From Hyphomicrobiales bacterium (GTDB taxonomy: Bacteria; Pseudomonadota; Alphaproteobacteria; Rhizobiales; TMED25): DNA of 64,000 bases. The translations under genes were made by a program, and so were the position numbers. The notes beneath the pieces were generated by a model. That model was not told where the DNA came from, searched no databases, and worked only from the letters and a program-made list of their open reading frames with translations. This document shows positions 60,814 through 64,000 of this stretch, piece by piece (the stretch's first letter is position 1; the number at the start of each line of letters is the position of its first letter). The stretch covers positions 11,725 through 75,724 of the forward strand of contig JAQWOP010000009.1 of assembly GCA_029245795.1 (NCBI GenBank). Direction: 5' to 3'.

Positions 60814-62106
60814 TTAGATATTTGATTTGTACACAATATTTCCCTCAATGACGGTCATCAGTACTTTACCTTGCAGTTTCTGATCTTCAAATGTGGTATT
60901 TTTACATTTTGAAATCAGTTTATCAGCTTTTAAAATCCACGGAGCATCTTTGTCAAATAAAATTAAGTCAGCTTTTTTCCCAATCTCCATACTTCCTGTG
61001 TCTTCAAGTTTGAGTATCCTTGAGGGGTTATAGGTTAATTTTTTCATTAACTTTGGCAAAGATATATGGCCTCCATGATATAAGGATAAGGAAGCTGATA
61101 GCAGGGTTTCAATTCCAGTAGCTCCAAAAGACGCCTCTTCGAAAGGTAAACGTTTCGACTCTGTGCCCTGAGGGTCATGACTTGATGTAATGACATCAAT
61201 ATTTTCACTCTGAAGATTTTCTATTAGGAAACTTCTATCTTCTTCAGATCTAAGAGGAGGTCGAAGTTTAAAAAAAGTTCTATAAGCTCCAATATCATTT
61301 TCATTTAGTATGAGATTATTAATAGATACTCCAGAAGTTATAGTTTCTGTTCTATTTTTATAATACTTTATTGCATTTAATGACTCTTTTGTTGAAATAC
61401 ACATTGCGTGATATTTTGTTTCTGTGTGTTCGGCTATTCTTAATTCTCTTTCTAAAGCAATTGTCTCAGCAATGTTAATCATCCCTGGAAGTCCAAGTCT
61501 CATTGACATTTCACTTTCATTCATAACGCCTCCTTTGTCTAGATCTGATATGGGCTGTTGAATGATTTGGGCATCATAATTTGAGGCATATGTAAAAGCA
61601 TTTTTCAATACTTTAGTATTCTTAATTTCTTTGTATGCATCTGAAAAACCTACGGCCCCTGCGGCTATTAATGAACCAATTTCAGTCATATTTTCACCTA
61701 GGTGCTTCTTAGTTAGTGCAGCAATAGGATAAAATTTCACTTTAGATTTTTCCAATGATTTTCTTTTTATATATTCGACTAGTTCTATTTCATCTATAAT
61801 TGGGTTAGTGTCTGGTCGAGAAGCAATAGATGTGATGCCAGACTTTATAGCGGCATTACTAATTCCTTCAATTGTTTCAATATGTTCAAAACCTGGCTCA
61901 CCAGCAAATACCCACATGTCAACTAATCCAGGGGATAATATATAATTTTGACAATCAATAACTTCACAATTAGGTATTTTTAAATTTGCTTTATTTTTTA
62001 AAATATCTGCTATGACACCATTTTTTATTAGTACAGAGCCTGAAAATTCAGTTTCATTCTTTGGGTCTATTAATGTTGCATTATGAAGTAATATTGCTTT
62101 TGTCAT
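60814..62106 (-). CDS. dihydroorotase-like protein lacking the canonical metal-ligand motifs (PyrC'-type, probably non-catalytic ATCase partner)
   Basis: 430 aa with an amidohydrolase fold, immediately downstream of pyrB. The usual D-x-H-x-H is DMWVF, HVST is MCIST, and DHAPH is SHDPQ. Confidence 0.7.
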   Translation of the reverse strand: MTKAILLHNATLIDPKNETEFSGSVLIKNGVIADILKNKANLKIPNCEVIDCQNYILSPGLVDMWVFAGEPGFEHIETIEGISNAAIKSGITSIASRPDTNPIIDEIELVEYIKRKSLEKSKVKFYPIAALTKKHLGENMTEIGSLIAAGAVGFSDAYKEIKNTKVLKNAFTYASNYDAQIIQQPISDLDKGGVMNESEMSMRLGLPGMINIAETIALERELRIAEHTETKYHAMCISTKESLNAIKYYKNRTETITSGVSINNLILNENDIGAYRTFFKLRPPLRSEEDRSFLIENLQSENIDVITSSHDPQGTESKRLPFEEASFGATGIETLLSASLSLYHGGHISLPKLMKKLTYNPSRILKLEDTGSMEIGKKADLILFDKDAPWILKADKLISKCKNTTFEDQKLQGKVLMTVIEGNIVYKSNI

Positions 62107-62109
62107 ATT

Positions 62110-63054
62110 TTATCTTTTTGATAATATTTCTAATATTGCCATTCTACAGGCCACTCCCATTTCGACTTGATCTTTTATAACACTTTGAACATTATCTGCT
62201 ACTGATGTGTCAATTTCAACACCTCTATTCATAGGCCCCGGGTGCATAACGATTGCATCCTTTTTTGCAAAGGATAATTTTTCTTCATCTAAGCCGTAAA
62301 ATCTAAAATACTCTCTTGCTGAAGGAATATAAGAACTAATCATCCTTTCATTTTGAAGACGCAACATCATCACAACATCAGCATCTTTTATCCCATCTTT
62401 CATATTTTTAAATATTTTAACTTTATAGGATTTTATATACCTTGGAAGTAGTGTCTCAGGAGCTACAATATTAATATTAGCTCCGAGCATAGATAGAAGA
62501 ATAATATTAGATCTTGCAACTCGGCTATGTAATATGTCGCCACAAATAGCTACCTTTAATCCTTCAATACTTTTTTTATGACGTAATATAGTTAAAGCAT
62601 CTAATATTGCCTGTGTTGGGTGTTCATGAGAGCCATCTCCTGCGTTGATAACTGCACAATCTACTTTTTGAGATAGTAACTCAGATGCTCCAGCAGAAAA
62701 ATGACGGACTATAAGAAGGTCGGGTTTCATCGCATTAAGAGTTACAGCAGTATCTACCAATGTTTCGCCTTTTGATACAGAAGATTGTTTCAAAGACATA
62801 TTAATCACATCTGCACCTAATCTTTTTCCAGCAAGTTCGAATGAGCTTTGTGTTCTTGTTGAAGGTTCAAAAAATAAGTTTATTTGAACCTTACCCCTTA
62901 GTAGGTCATATTTATTGGCTTGGATTTTATTTTTTTCGAACCAATCAGTCGATTTTTCTATAATATAGTCAATATCGTTTATAGACAGTTTTTCTATGCC
63001 CAAAAGATGTTTGAGTTGAGGGGGGTAAAGAGAATTAATATTTTCTTTGTTCAT
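62110..63054 (-). CDS. pyrB: aspartate carbamoyltransferase catalytic subunit
   Basis: The motifs [23 protein letters not shown] and [11 protein letters not shown]. Confidence 0.95.
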   Translation of the reverse strand: MNKENINSLYPPQLKHLLGIEKLSINDIDYIIEKSTDWFEKNKIQANKYDLLRGKVQINLFFEPSTRTQSSFELAGKRLGADVINMSLKQSSVSKGETLVDTAVTLNAMKPDLLIVRHFSAGASELLSQKVDCAVINAGDGSHEHPTQAILDALTILRHKKSIEGLKVAICGDILHSRVARSNIILLSMLGANINIVAPETLLPRYIKSYKVKIFKNMKDGIKDADVVMMLRLQNERMISSYIPSAREYFRFYGLDEEKLSFAKKDAIVMHPGPMNRGVEIDTSVADNVQSVIKDQVEMGVACRMAILEILSKR

Positions 63055-63161
63055 TAAAAATGTATTTTATAACGAGATTTATATATTTCTGCAACATTAT
63101 TTATTTATTTTTTTAATAAATTAAAATATAAATTGGTTATTATAATAATAAATGGTGTCAT

Positions 63162-64000
63162 ATGGCTATCAATATATCAATATTAGGAACTGGTAGAATT
63201 GCTGAATTTGGATATATTCCAGCAATAAAACAGATTGAAGATGTTAACATTATTTCAGTTCTATCACGTGATCAGTTGAGAGGGGAAGATTTTGCAAGAA
63301 AAAATTCCATTCCCAATTCTTACAGTAATATTGATGATTTACTTGAGGATAAAGAACTTGATGCTATAATTATTTGCACGCCAGATGCTATGCACGAAGA
63401 ACAGACAATTAAAGCAAGCCAAGCGGGAAAGCATGTCTTATGTGAAAAACCGATGGCAACATCTGTAGCTAGCTGTTTAAGAATGATTGATGAAATTAAA
63501 AGATCTAAAATCATCTTTGGTATGGCATATAATAATAGATTTAACGCTGGTTTGAGGTATATAAAAGATACTATTGATAGTAATATATTAGGTGATATCT
63601 TTTATGCCAGAGCAATATTATCAACTCAACAAAATGATCCAGAAGGTTGGAGGGCCATAGGAGAACAGTCAAATTTTTGGGCAATGAGTGCAACTGGTTC
63701 ACATATGATAGATGTCTTTAGATGGTTTTTTGGTGAACCAACAGATGTTAAGGCAACAACGATATCTCCAAAATATAGGAGTGTTAATGATGAATTAACC
63801 TCTCTAATTTTAAATTTTGGAGACCATTTGATTTGTGAAATTACAGCATCGGCGATAACCCCAAAGGCTAATAGAATCGAGATTTACTCAAATACCGATT
63901 CTATTATTGGAGAAAATGTTTTTGGAATAAAAACTGATGAATTGATATATCATAATGGTCAAAGTGTCCTAATTAAGCCTATAAGTTCATTTTTTGGTGA
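63162..64000 (+). CDS. Gfo/Idh/MocA-family NAD(P)-dependent oxidoreductase, 3' end beyond the window
   Basis: Not in the ORF track, probably because there is no stop inside the window. ATG 63162 opens a frame that runs to the window edge: MAINISILGTGRIAEFGYIPAIKQ...HVLCEKPMA, an N-terminal Rossmann fold plus the EKP motif. Confidence 0.8.
   Translation, partial: MAINISILGTGRIAEFGYIPAIKQIEDVNIISVLSRDQLRGEDFARKNSIPNSYSNIDDLLEDKELDAIIICTPDAMHEEQTIKASQAGKHVLCEKPMATSVASCLRMIDEIKRSKIIFGMAYNNRFNAGLRYIKDTIDSNILGDIFYARAILSTQQNDPEGWRAIGEQSNFWAMSATGSHMIDVFRWFFGEPTDVKATTISPKYRSVNDELTSLILNFGDHLICEITASAITPKANRIEIYSNTDSIIGENVFGIKTDELIYHNGQSVLIKPISSFFG

Noticed and set aside
63320-63514. 64-aa minus-strand ORF from the track.
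   Set aside because: It lies antisense within a clear plus-strand Gfo/Idh/MocA oxidoreductase reading frame (63162 to the window end). It is a shadow ORF.

Overview
This is an AT-rich, tightly packed window. Gene content and order look alphaproteobacterial and resemble streamlined marine lineages such as SAR11/Pelagibacterales; that taxonomic call is an inference from protein sequences and synteny only. About 17.8-48 kb is the conserved translation/transcription core: tRNA-Tyr, tRNA-Gly, tuf, tRNA-Trp, secE, nusG, rplKAJL, rpoBC, rpsLG, fusA, the S10/spc/alpha operons through rplQ, secY and adk. The first ~16 kb is the accessory-looking part. It holds a hydroxy-acid dehydrogenase, a DapA-like aldolase, two dehydrogenases, an alpha/beta hydrolase, an M24 hydrolase, a ThDP enzyme, a divergent family-III CoA-transferase plus CitE-like lyase pair, an ABC importer with no binding-protein gene, a CMD-family protein, an aldo/keto reductase, infA, an EamA transporter and a GlcD-like oxidase. 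The last ~16 kb carries housekeeping genes: crcB, a pseudouridine synthase, an ATP12-like protein, lipB, tRNA-Leu, a membrane J-domain protein, a DD-carboxypeptidase, clpSA, a HIT protein, a FemAB-like protein, divK, rpmG, topA, plsY, a pyrC-like gene, pyrB and a partial Gfo/Idh/MocA oxidoreductase. I found no CRISPR arrays, mobile elements or rRNA. The most interesting unexplained signal is a ~115-nt GC-rich, helix-forming island between divK and rpmG (about 57214-57330). It has no credible ORF and displays CCUCCUCC in a hairpin loop, so I call it a candidate small RNA. Other notable points are a dihydroorotase-like gene that lacks the metal-ligand motifs (PyrC'-type), an uncharacterised ThDP/M24 and CoA-transferase/lyase divergon, a ~70-aa acidic tail on L3, and rpmG, which the ORF track misses. 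All functional calls come from by-eye motif and homology recognition; no searches were run.
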